Positions 48,368-56,794 of a stretch of 64,000 nt of DNA are shown in pieces. The DNA lies in assembly GCA_964600895.1 (NCBI GenBank), contig CAZRKP010000002.1, positions 78,220 through 142,219 on the forward strand, written 5' to 3'. The notes under the pieces are model-generated. The model was not told where the DNA came from. It saw nothing but the letters and a program-made list of their open reading frames with translations, and did not search any database. Every line of letters starts with the position of its first letter. Positions within the stretch are counted from its first letter, which is position 1. A program made the translations under genes and the position numbers. Source of the DNA: an uncultured Victivallis sp. (GTDB taxonomy: Bacteria > Verrucomicrobiota > Lentisphaeria > Victivallales > GWF2-50-93).

Positions 48368-49826
48368 TGATCTTCCTGACCTCCTCGCAGTCGTCGAAAT
48401 GGTGCCTGACGCCCTTGATCTCCTGGTAGTCCTCGTGCCCTTTGCCGGCCAGCAGTACGATGTCGCCCGGCTCAGCCTCGCTTATGGCCTGCTTTATCGC
48501 CTCCCGTCTGTCCGGGACAGCTGCGAAATTCGCAGACGGCGGGATCCCCTTGATAATATCGGCGATGATGTCCTCGGGATTTTCCGATCTCGGATTGTCG
48601 CTGGTGACGATAGTCCTGTCGGCAAGTTTCGCCGAGACCGTACCCATTCTGGGGCGTTTTGTCCTGTCCCTGTCCCCTCCGCATCCGAAAAGGCATATGA
48701 TCCTTTTCCCGTTCAATTTTCTCAGGGCTTCAAGTACCCGTTGCAGGGCGTCATCGGAATGTGCGAAGTCGACAAAGATGCTGACATCGTTCTTTGTATG
48801 GAAGGCTTCAAGGCGTCCGGGGATAGATATCGGCTTTCCAAGCGTCGATTGTATTATCTCCGGACTGATTCCGAGTTTGTAGGCTATGATGGCGGCGCCG
48901 GTGATGTTGTAGGCGTTATGCTCGCCTATGAGAGGGGATGAGATCTTGAAGACCTTGCCCTCGAAGGAAAGCGTAAAATCCGTACCGGTGGGAGATATCT
49001 TCCCGATATTTATGACAGCTTCAGCATTGTCCTTGCCGAATCTCACGCAGTTTGCGCTCCTGAGATCAGCGAAAAGGCGTTTCCCGTAAGGATCATCGTT
49101 GTTGATCGCGGCAATGGCATCGACCGCGAGGTGGTCTTCGAAAAGAATCTTCTTTGCGTCATAATAGAAATCCATCGTCTTGTGGTAGTCGAGATGGTCT
49201 CCAGTAAGATTTGTGAATATGGTGCCAGAGAACTTCGCAGAACCGATCCTGTTCTGGTGGAGGGCATGGCTTGACACCTCCATCGCCACGTGCGAACATC
49301 CCGCTTCGAGCATCCTGGAGAACAACGATTGTATGTCCGAGGCTTCTGGCGTAGTTCTGGCGGCCGGTTCGGAATGACCGGGCCAGCCGTAGCAGACCGT
49401 AGTTATCAATCCGCATTTCAATCCTGCGGAACAGAGGAGCTCATTGAGCAGATATACGCTGCTTGTCTTGCCGTTGGTGCCAGTGACACCGAGGATCTTC
49501 ATCCTGCGGGAAGGATAGTCATAGAATGCTTCAACAAGACGCGCATAAGCGGAATAGGGGTCCGAAACCTTGATGTAGCTTATACCGTTCTTGTATGAGG
49601 AAATTTCCTTTCCATAGATCACGGCTTTCGCTCCGGCGGCGACCGCCGCATCGATGAAATCGTGTCCATCCCTGCCGCTGCCCTGTATCGCAATGAAGAC
49701 CGATGACGGGATTGAATTCCTGGAATCGTTGGTGATCAGGCTGACCGGGAAATCGCCGGCGGGCCTGCTGGACACCACAAGCTCCTCCAGGATGTCTATA
49801 TATTCTGAAAAATTCTTCTTCATCAT
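48360..49826 (-). CDS. murE: UDP-N-acetylmuramoyl-L-alanyl-D-glutamate--2,6-diaminopimelate ligase
   Basis: GVTGTNGKTS and the DNPR motif (meso-DAP type) are present. Confidence 0.9.
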   Translation of the reverse strand: MMKKNFSEYIDILEELVVSSRPAGDFPVSLITNDSRNSIPSSVFIAIQGSGRDGHDFIDAAVAAGAKAVIYGKEISSYKNGISYIKVSDPYSAYARLVEAFYDYPSRRMKILGVTGTNGKTSSVYLLNELLCSAGLKCGLITTVCYGWPGHSEPAARTTPEASDIQSLFSRMLEAGCSHVAMEVSSHALHQNRIGSAKFSGTIFTNLTGDHLDYHKTMDFYYDAKKILFEDHLAVDAIAAINNDDPYGKRLFADLRSANCVRFGKDNAEAVINIGKISPTGTDFTLSFEGKVFKISSPLIGEHNAYNITGAAIIAYKLGISPEIIQSTLGKPISIPGRLEAFHTKNDVSIFVDFAHSDDALQRVLEALRKLNGKRIICLFGCGGDRDRTKRPRMGTVSAKLADRTIVTSDNPRSENPEDIIADIIKGIPPSANFAAVPDRREAIKQAISEAEPGDIVLLAGKGHEDYQEIKGVRHHFDDCEEVRKIIG

Positions 49827-51607
49827 AGGTCGTCAGTCTCTTCCTCCTCTGGCACCTCATATTCGGGGGGAACGTTCAGGATCCTCAGCGCCTTCTTCGC
49901 TATGTGGCTGAATGCAGGTGCCGCCACAAGTCCGCCATAATACGCCTTCTTTGTGGGGTGATCGACGGTGACAAGCAGAACGAATGCAGGCTTGTCGGCC
50001 GGCACGAATCCCACGAAGGATGCGACATGTTCACTGTTGGAATATACTCCGTTGACGAGTTTCTGCGAGGTGCCGGTCTTTCCCGCTACGTAATATCCCT
50101 TGACGGCGGCCCTTTCGGCGGTTCCTCCCTTTTGGGTCACGAGCTTCATCATGTCGACGATCTTCTTGCGGGTTTCGGTGTTCCTGAATAATTTTGCCGA
50201 ATTTGGAAGTATCTCCATCTTGATCTCTTCGCCGGTGCCCGGATTCCTGTGCCTGTCTATGAGGCGCAGTTCGACAAGGTTTCCGCCGTTCGCAAGTGCA
50301 CAGTATGCCCTGACCATCTGGAGTGGGGAGACAGTCAATGTCTGCCCGATTGGATATCGTGTGATTGTAAGACCATCCCATTGTTCCGGCTTCTTCATCA
50401 TTCCAAGTGCTTCCGGCTTTATAGGGATACCGGTCTTCGAGCCGAATCCGAATCTCCGTATGGAGGCATATAAATTGTTCTTGCCCATCATGAGCGCGAT
50501 CTTGGCGGTTCCGATATTGCTCGAGACCTGGATTATCTGGGTGACTGAAAGTATGTCATGGCCATGCCCGGCCGCCTCATTCAGTACCTTGCCCGCGTAA
50601 AGCCAGTGGCCTCCCTCGCAGTCGATCATGGTGCTTGGCGTTACAACGCCCAGATCAAGCGCCGATGCGACGATGATGGATTTCATGATGGATCCCGGTT
50701 CGAATGTGTCCTCGGTGATCCTGTTCCTCCAGGCCTTCGGATCCATGTGAGTCCTGTCGTTCGGATCGAAGGTCGGGCGCTGTGCCATCGCCAGTATGTT
50801 GCCGGTGTTTGGTTCGACCATTACGGCATAGGCTGCGTCCGGTTCGAATTCCTTCATGATCCGTTCAAGTTCGTCCTCGACGATCATCTGCATGGGTTCG
50901 GAGATGGTCAGATACACATTGTTGCCGTCCTGTACGGCTTTCAGTTTGTCCTCCTCACCGGGCAGACGGAACCCCATCCTGCTGCGTTCGATCACCGAAA
51001 CGCTTTCGGTCGGGGTCATGTTTGTATTCACTGCCTTTTCAATTCCACCCTCCGGAGTTACCTTTCCACCATCCACACTGATGAATCCAAGTATATTTGC
51101 GAGAAGCTTGTTCTTCGGATAGAAACGCTTCGTCTTGTTCTCGAAGATCAGGCATCTGTACTTCTTCATCTTTGCTTCCTTGCGGATCTTTTCAGCGTCC
51201 TCCAGTTCGACATCCCTTTTGATGATCACATATTTTATATCTTTGCCTGTGGATTCGGAGGTCTTGATGGACAAGCGCCGAAGGATGGTGTCATAGTCAA
51301 GTCCGAGCGTCTTCTCGAAATATGAGGCAAGTTCGCGGCATTTCTTGTCATCACCGGCTTCCGAAGGATCGGCGGCGATATCCACGCAGGGCTTGTTGCC
51401 TACCAGGAGATTGCCGTTGATGTCATATATCTCGCCCCTCTTGCCTTCTTTCTTGACGGTGGAGGTATATATGTTCTTCGCCTTTTCGAACAGTTCATCG
51501 TGCCGCTGGATCTGGACATGGTACATCCTGAGCAGCAGGGCGATGAGCACGGTAAGCAGGATCACCGAGGCTATGATTATCCTTACGACAAAATATTTGC
51601 GTCCCAT
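49823..51607 (-). CDS. ftsI: class B penicillin-binding protein (FtsI/PBP3-like transpeptidase)
   Basis: It has an N-terminal TM anchor and motifs SIMK (SxxK), SSN and KTGT. Its dcw position also supports the call. Confidence 0.88.
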   Translation of the reverse strand: MGRKYFVVRIIIASVILLTVLIALLLRMYHVQIQRHDELFEKAKNIYTSTVKKEGKRGEIYDINGNLLVGNKPCVDIAADPSEAGDDKKCRELASYFEKTLGLDYDTILRRLSIKTSESTGKDIKYVIIKRDVELEDAEKIRKEAKMKKYRCLIFENKTKRFYPKNKLLANILGFISVDGGKVTPEGGIEKAVNTNMTPTESVSVIERSRMGFRLPGEEDKLKAVQDGNNVYLTISEPMQMIVEDELERIMKEFEPDAAYAVMVEPNTGNILAMAQRPTFDPNDRTHMDPKAWRNRITEDTFEPGSIMKSIIVASALDLGVVTPSTMIDCEGGHWLYAGKVLNEAAGHGHDILSVTQIIQVSSNIGTAKIALMMGKNNLYASIRRFGFGSKTGIPIKPEALGMMKKPEQWDGLTITRYPIGQTLTVSPLQMVRAYCALANGGNLVELRLIDRHRNPGTGEEIKMEILPNSAKLFRNTETRKKIVDMMKLVTQKGGTAERAAVKGYYVAGKTGTSQKLVNGVYSNSEHVASFVGFVPADKPAFVLLVTVDHPTKKAYYGGLVAAPAFSHIAKKALRILNVPPEYEVPEEEETDDL

Positions 51608-51682
51608 AACATCTCTTCCGTGGGTGGGTGATCATTGACACATGAAGGGTTCGCTGGAGCGCATGTTCCGGCGGATGATTCG

Positions 51683-52150
51683 TCAACGGTAATATTTCGC
51701 CGGAACATCTGTCTTTGCTCCGTTCTTCTGGCTGACAATGATAGGTTTTGCATTTGCAGGCTGCTTTACGACCGGTTCGCTCTTGACGACAGGGCTTGCC
51801 TTCGCAACTTCAAGCTTCTTGATCTGTCCAGGCTGCGGATAATGCAGGTCGAGATTGTATTTCTTAACCTGGGCGAGGATATCCTTCCCGCTCTTCTGCT
51901 CTATCCCGATGTTGAGGTTTGCAGTCTCCCTGTCGATGTCGTTGATCCTATTCTCAAGAGAGATGGATTCCTTGTTGATCGACTCCGCCTGGCTTGTCCA
52001 CATCACCCTCGTGATCGCCGCCGCGAAAAGCAGGCAGAACGGCACCGAAATCTTAAGTGTCGTGGCGAATATCCCCAGACTGTTGCTTGAGGACCTGGCC
52101 TTCCTCCTTCTCGGACCGTTGTAATTGTAGCTTGTTACGTTGATACCCAT
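51683..52150 (-). CDS. FtsL-like bitopic cell-division protein
   Basis: It has a basic N-terminus, a single TM helix and a coiled-coil-like segment. It sits in the canonical slot between rsmH and ftsI. The call rests on position and topology only. Confidence 0.55.
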   Translation of the reverse strand: MGINVTSYNYNGPRRRKARSSSNSLGIFATTLKISVPFCLLFAAAITRVMWTSQAESINKESISLENRINDIDRETANLNIGIEQKSGKDILAQVKKYNLDLHYPQPGQIKKLEVAKASPVVKSEPVVKQPANAKPIIVSQKNGAKTDVPAKYYR

Positions 52151-52170
52151 TTCCTTATATCCTTTATATA

Positions 52171-52248
52171 GTCGTCAGCCTTCAGTCGCCAGTCGTCAGT
52201 CTACTGATCACTGCTCGCTTATTACTTAATTACTTATTACTTATTACT
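52171..52248. repeat. simple intergenic repeats (GTCGTCAG/GTCGCCAG units, then TTATTAC x4)
   Basis: gtcgtcagccttcagtcgccagtcgtcagtc spans 52171-52201. ttattacttaattacttattacttattact spans 52219-52248. Confidence 0.85.
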
Positions 52249-52256
52249 GCCGTCTG

Positions 52257-53192
52257 TTATATCTTCTCCGCCACCCTCAGCTTCGCCGGTGCCGCCCTGC
52301 GGTTCTCCCTGACTTCCTCTTCTGTTGCAATAACCGGCTTCTTTGTTATTAGTTTTAAGCTCTGCCTGTGTCCGCATATACAAACCGGTAGACCGGGCGG
52401 ACACAGGCAGGAGCGAGCCATCATGTTGAAATACTGTTTTACCATCCTGTCCTCGAGGGAATGGAAGCTTATTACGGCCATCCTTCCTCCCGGGGCCAGC
52501 AGTTTCACCCCTTCTTCAAGAGCTTTCCTCAGTTCTCCAAGTTCGTCGTTCACGGCCATCCTCAGCGCCTGGAAGCAAAGTGATGGAGCAGGGGGACCGC
52601 TTCTCCTGACAATTCCCGGAATGGAGTTGCAGAGCTCTGCGAGTTCTGTCGTATACATCCATTCCTTGACCTTCCTCCTCTTTATTATCACATCTGCGAG
52701 CATCCTGCTCTTCCGGATCTCGCCGTATTCCCTGAATATCTTCTCAAGCGCCTCATACGAATAAGTATTTAGAATGCGGCTGGCGGTTTCGCGGGACTGG
52801 ACATCCATTCTCATGTCCAGGGGACCGTCCAGCCTGTATGAGAACCCCCTCCTCGGGTTATCAATTTGGGGAGATGAGACTCCCAGATCCAACAGCAAGG
52901 CGTCAACCGAGTGCCACCCCAGTCCGGCCGCGCATGCCGTCAGATTGCTGAAACTGTCCTTTGCCAGATGAACGCGATTCCCGGCGAAACTTAAAACTTT
53001 TTCCGCTGCTGCAAGCGCATCGCCATCGCGGTCAATTCCCAGCAAAACCGCCTCCACATTTTTTTTCATTATCAAAGAACTGTGTCCGCCGTAACCGACC
53101 GTCCCGTCGATCACCTTCATCGGTCCCGTTTTAACTATCAGCAGGTCCAAGACCTCCTTCTGCAGGACCGGGACATGTCCGAAATCATTCAA
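52257..53192 (-). CDS. rsmH: 16S rRNA (cytosine1402-N4)-methyltransferase
   Basis: HVPVL, GTVGYGGHS and a MraW-like sequence throughout. It follows mraZ. Confidence 0.92.
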   Translation of the reverse strand: MNDFGHVPVLQKEVLDLLIVKTGPMKVIDGTVGYGGHSSLIMKKNVEAVLLGIDRDGDALAAAEKVLSFAGNRVHLAKDSFSNLTACAAGLGWHSVDALLLDLGVSSPQIDNPRRGFSYRLDGPLDMRMDVQSRETASRILNTYSYEALEKIFREYGEIRKSRMLADVIIKRRKVKEWMYTTELAELCNSIPGIVRRSGPPAPSLCFQALRMAVNDELGELRKALEEGVKLLAPGGRMAVISFHSLEDRMVKQYFNMMARSCLCPPGLPVCICGHRQSLKLITKKPVIATEEEVRENRRAAPAKLRVAEKI

Positions 53193-53698
53193 GATCCGCT
53201 GAGCCCTTTCAGTATGTTCACCAGGTCATCTGGACGCTCACCGATCTTCTGTATCACGTCAAGTACGTCGTTCTGGTCGGATTTCTGGAAGAGGTTCCAG
53301 TTGACCTTCGACCATATCTGTATCGTCGTCACCGCTCCGACCAGGACGACCTGGTTCTTGAGCCCCGACTGCTCAATCAGCTTCTGGGGGATCGATATTC
53401 TGCCCTGGCTGTCGCATTCGCATTCCTGCGCGACCGAGCCGATGCGGACGAGTGCGAGCGAGGACGCTGCATCCGCGAACGATACCTTGCGGACCTTCGC
53501 GATGAACTCGTTGAAGATCGACGGCGGGATCAGTTGGAGAGCATTATGCCTTCCGGGCAGAAGGAAGAATTTTGTCTTCTTCTCCTTCCTCCAGTTGCTT
53601 GGGATGGCTATGCGCCTCTGCGGATCGAGGGAGTGTTCGAATTCCCCGAAGAAGAAATCTCCTGCCACCTGCACCTGACTATTCTTGCCTTGTTTCAC
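53189..53698 (-). CDS. mraZ: transcriptional regulator MraZ
   Basis: There are two SpoVT/AbrB-like repeats (FGEFEHSLDPQRRIAIPSNWR and ECDSQGRISIPQKL). GTG start; the true start may lie a few codons downstream. Confidence 0.85.
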   Translation of the reverse strand: MKQGKNSQVQVAGDFFFGEFEHSLDPQRRIAIPSNWRKEKKTKFFLLPGRHNALQLIPPSIFNEFIAKVRKVSFADAASSLALVRIGSVAQECECDSQGRISIPQKLIEQSGLKNQVVLVGAVTTIQIWSKVNWNLFQKSDQNDVLDVIQKIGERPDDLVNILKGLSGS

Positions 53699-53817
53699 CT
53701 AAAATCCCCTTTATTCACCTTTTTTCCCCAAAACAAGTTAGGCTCGGAAAAGGTCTTTTCAAGCGTCAAATAAAAAATAATCAAAATATTTTCAGAGGAA
53801 AAAGTGAAGTTTATCAG

Positions 53818-53841
53818 CCACAAAGGCACAGAGGCACAAAG
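53818..53841. repeat. solo copy of the CACAGAGGCACAAAG-type terminal repeat
   Basis: ccacaaaggcacagaggcacaaag is the reverse complement of the motif at 53981-53998 and 58990-59013. Confidence 0.8.
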
Positions 53842-53871
53842 TAATAATTTCTTCAATCGACTGGAGTTTTT

Positions 53872-53998
53872 AACCACAGAACACACAGGTTACACAGGGA
53901 AAAGTGAGAAAATTATATTTTGGGAATTATTTTTAAAAGAATTGGATTTGCAGATGATTTTCCTTCATTAATAAGGAAAGCTTTGTGCCTCTGTGGTT
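53872..53998. mobile_element. MITE-like 127-bp element with imperfect terminal inverted repeats AACCACAGA(A/G)(C/G)CACA
   Basis: The left end is aaccacagaacacacagg. The right end is ctttgtgcctctgtggtt (reverse complement aaccacagaggcacaaag). The core is AT-rich. A second copy of similar layout lies at 58878-59013. Confidence 0.55.
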
Positions 53999-54006
53999 GA
54001 GTTTCT

Positions 54007-54759
54007 TCAGATTCTCCCATGGCGGAACGCTCCGGGAGTCGTCCCGAGATGCTTCCGGAACATCCGAGAGAAATAATACTCGTCGCAGAATCCCGTCTCC
54101 ACGGCGATCTGCTTCAATGTCATCTCCGTGGTCACAAGAAGATTGCACGCCGACTCCAGACGCATCCGCAACAGGTCCTGTACCGGTGAGAGTCCGGAAT
54201 ACTTTCGGTATGTCCTTATGAAATGAAATTTGCTCATACCCGCGCGTTTTGCGAGCGAGGAGACGGAATGGTTTTCTGTGAGGGAGCCAGCAATGTGGTC
54301 GCGTATATGCGAGAGCGGAGAATTCGGGCGATCCTTCGAGAGTTTCTCCATTTCAAAGATCACAGCCTGTATGTATGCACCCAGTAATCTTTCACGCTTC
54401 TCAAAAGGCTTCTCGCGCTCTTCAGCAAGCCAGTGCGCAAGCGTGAGGAGCCTCCTGCCAGGATCCCTGACAAGCAGCTTGCTATTGATCTTGAAGGAAG
54501 CAGGTATGCTGAAAAAGATGAAGTCAGCCCCTTCCTTGGAATCGGCCTCCTCAAAGTGTTTCACGTTTGGCGCGTAGAAAAGCGCATCCCCTTTTTCTAC
54601 CTGGAATTCCTCTCCTCCTGCCCGGACACTGAGTTTCCCGCCAAGCATGACCATTATCTCATTGTGTCCGTGGGAGTGCATCCCGAACACAGCACGCCAT
54701 CCATGCTTCACCTTCAGCCTTCCGACGTAGGGAGTGCTTACTGCGACAGCTGGTTTCAT
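54007..54759 (-). CDS. AraC family transcriptional regulator with N-terminal cupin domain
   Basis: It has a cupin-like N-terminus (HSHGHNEIMVMLGG) and a C-terminal double HTH (LAKRAGMSKFHFIRTYRK...ETGFCDEYYFSRMFRKHLG). Confidence 0.85.
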   Translation of the reverse strand: MKPAVAVSTPYVGRLKVKHGWRAVFGMHSHGHNEIMVMLGGKLSVRAGGEEFQVEKGDALFYAPNVKHFEEADSKEGADFIFFSIPASFKINSKLLVRDPGRRLLTLAHWLAEEREKPFEKRERLLGAYIQAVIFEMEKLSKDRPNSPLSHIRDHIAGSLTENHSVSSLAKRAGMSKFHFIRTYRKYSGLSPVQDLLRMRLESACNLLVTTEMTLKQIAVETGFCDEYYFSRMFRKHLGTTPGAFRHGRI

Positions 54760-54780
54760 AAACGATCCCCTTTCTTCTGC

Positions 54781-54816
54781 TGGATGAATGGATGGCTGGA
54801 TGCATGGATGATTGGG
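54781..54816. repeat. GGATGG-type repeat, copy 1 (forward)
   Basis: The sequence is tggatgaatggatggctggatgcatggatgattggg. Confidence 0.85.
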
Positions 54817-54907
54817 TAAAAATAAACAATACTGACGCGACAGGATTTCTGAATAATTTTATCCATGACATTCAGGTACTTGTTGCTTGGTCATTTGTTT
54901 GATCATG

Positions 54908-54946
54908 CCCAGCCATCCAATAATCCATTCATCCAACCATCCATGG
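54908..54946. repeat. GGATGG-type repeat, copy 2 (inverted)
   Basis: The sequence is cccagccatccaataatccattcatccaaccatccatgg. Confidence 0.85.
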
Positions 54947-55060
54947 TATTACCGCAATATTACACAAAATATTAGCAATTATGTCAATTGTTAAGAAATA
55001 TATCACAATGTAATATGAAGGGCAAGTGATAAAATAGTATGGCAATATAATGCAATAATA

Positions 55061-55095
55061 AATGGATGAGTGGATGGCTGGATGATTGGGTGATG
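55061..55095. repeat. GGATGG-type repeat, copy 3 (forward)
   Basis: The sequence is aatggatgagtggatggctggatgattgggtgatg. It is near-identical to copy 1 apart from a ~9-nt gap. Confidence 0.85.
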
Positions 55096-55132
55096 TATTC
55101 GAAAGCAATATAAATATAACGGAGAAAGTGAT

Positions 55133-56176
55133 ATGAGTCCTGAATTTTCAGTTCCGAAGAGCAAGCTGATAAAAGGCTTCGAATGGCTGGGAGAGGGCAT
55201 CGGGTATCCTGAGAAAGACATCAAAGGCGACACTTTCCCCACGACCTGGGCTGATGACAACGAGATCTACACCTCTGCAGGCGACCCGCTCTGGGGCGAG
55301 ACCACCGGCGGACTCGATGTCGAGAAGTTCAGCGGCGGCCCTGAAGATTACAAAATCAGCAAGGTCAATCACATGAACGATTATATCGGCTGGGGCGGAG
55401 ATGGACCGAAACCCAGCGGGATGATCTGTGTCGATGGCGTCCTCTACTTCGCCTTCCAGAACATGCTGAAGTCGAAGAAAGCCCCGTACAGCATCATTTC
55501 ACAGCATGGCAGCGATGCACAGATAGTCTATTCAACCAATAAAGGCGGATTCTGGGTCCCGACGCTGAAGAATATTCCCTCGCCGATGTTCCCCGGACAC
55601 AAGTTTGGAGGTCCGGCATTTGTGAACTTCGGAAAGAACAATGATAACGCCAGGGACAATTTCGTCTATGCCGTGTCGAGCGACCAGTGGGACAATGGCA
55701 GCAATCTGAGGATAGGGCGCGTTCCGAATGACAGTATCGTGAAACGTGAAGCCTGGGAATTTCTGTCGGGATACGAGATCTCAGGGGAACCTGTCTGGAG
55801 CCGTGATCTCGACGAATCGATCCCAGTACTGAGCATGCATTGTTGGATCAGCATCCCGGAAATGGTTTATCTTGCAGGAATTAAAAGATACCTGCTCCTG
55901 ACCTGGCGATTTCACAAGGACTTTTCACCGACTGAAGGAACGGATCTTCTGATATTCGAATCGCCGGAACCTTGGGGACCTTTCTCTCTCGTCCATTTCG
56001 AGGAATACTGGCAGGGGAAGGAATTCAATCCGTATTGTCCGCGCATCCCGCTGAAATGGATGGAGTCCGACGGCGTTACCGGCTGGATGCAATTCTCCGG
56101 CAGTTGGGGGCCCGAAGCACAGAAGAAGGGATATTACAGGTCTAACGTCCGGAAGTTCAAGTTGAAGCTGAAGTAG
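55133..56176 (+). CDS. hypothetical protein, possibly a beta-propeller glycoside hydrolase (DUF4185-like)
   Basis: There is no signal peptide. It is rich in W/G/D turns (GDTFPTTWADDNEIYTSAGDPLWG). It sits next to a GH gene and a divergent AraC regulator. The family call is tentative. Confidence 0.4.
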   Translation: MSPEFSVPKSKLIKGFEWLGEGIGYPEKDIKGDTFPTTWADDNEIYTSAGDPLWGETTGGLDVEKFSGGPEDYKISKVNHMNDYIGWGGDGPKPSGMICVDGVLYFAFQNMLKSKKAPYSIISQHGSDAQIVYSTNKGGFWVPTLKNIPSPMFPGHKFGGPAFVNFGKNNDNARDNFVYAVSSDQWDNGSNLRIGRVPNDSIVKREAWEFLSGYEISGEPVWSRDLDESIPVLSMHCWISIPEMVYLAGIKRYLLLTWRFHKDFSPTEGTDLLIFESPEPWGPFSLVHFEEYWQGKEFNPYCPRIPLKWMESDGVTGWMQFSGSWGPEAQKKGYYRSNVRKFKLKLK

Positions 56177-56318
56177 ATTTTCAAATTGTAGATCATGAGT
56201 TACCAGATTGCTGCCGGGGTTTGACTATTACAGGATATATGTCGTATCGCCGGTGCTTCATAAGAACAGTATTACATAAAGCCTGATAATGACCGGATCG
56301 GTGCTTCATCGGTTCGGT

Positions 56319-56723
56319 CTATGATTTAGTTGGTATTGTATAATATAGTTTCTTAATTGATTTCTTTCTCCAAAAAGGAGAAATCAAACTCCCTGTCCTT
56401 GATAATGTAATGTCGTTATTGTCTTTGTTGATTTTATGTAATGAATGAGCAACAGGGAAATCTCCACGATACTTTACTAAAATATATGCTTTTCCGGAAA
56501 GCAAATCATCAAAAAAATCAATTGCGTCTTCATAACTGTTGTATTTTCCGAAATGTTCATGCCATGATTCAGTTGATATAATTATTTCTTTTCCAGAATC
56601 AGATACTCTAAATACTTCTTCAATTCCAATAATATTAAATCTAATAAGCTTACCATCCTCTAATATCGCGAGTGGATATTTAGATGTGAGTTTTGTCAAC
56701 AATGCTTTTGAGTTTTCATTCAT
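56319..56723 (-). CDS. hypothetical protein (AT-rich orphan)
   Basis: The ORF is 56319..56768. The first 15 codons are built from the REP-like sequence at 56760-56795, so the ATG at 56723 (MNENSK...) is preferred. I recognised no motif. Confidence 0.5.
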   Translation of the reverse strand: MNENSKALLTKLTSKYPLAILEDGKLIRFNIIGIEEVFRVSDSGKEIIISTESWHEHFGKYNSYEDAIDFFDDLLSGKAYILVKYRGDFPVAHSLHKINKDNNDITLSRTGSLISPFWRKKSIKKLYYTIPTKS

Positions 56724-56794
56724 TATTGTATGCCAATATGATGATAACTGACGACCCGTCTTCGCCATTTGAGCTACGCCGGGCAGGCCGACGC

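Noticed and set aside
53534-53886. ORFs 53534..53773, 53572..53844 and 53695..53886 lie in the mraZ upstream region.
   Set aside because: They span the mraZ 5' end and the repeat-element intergenic region. Their sequences are dictated by the CACAGAG-type repeats, and they have no RBS or motifs.
54781-55095. I considered whether the GGATGG-type repeats, or the RNIL 12-bp repeats at 27529-27564, are a CRISPR array.
   Set aside because: The repeat units are short, low-complexity and of mixed orientation. Copy number is only 2-4, spacers are unequal (about 90 and 115 bp), and no cas genes are present. This is not CRISPR architecture.
56194-56309. A 38-codon minus-strand mini-ORF (MKHRSGHYQALCNTVLMKHRRYDIYPVIVKPRQQSGNS) lies in the convergent spacer.
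   Set aside because: It is below any reliable size threshold, has no RBS, and is generated by the duplicated ATGAAGCACCG segment. It is recorded only as part of the orphan-locus observation.
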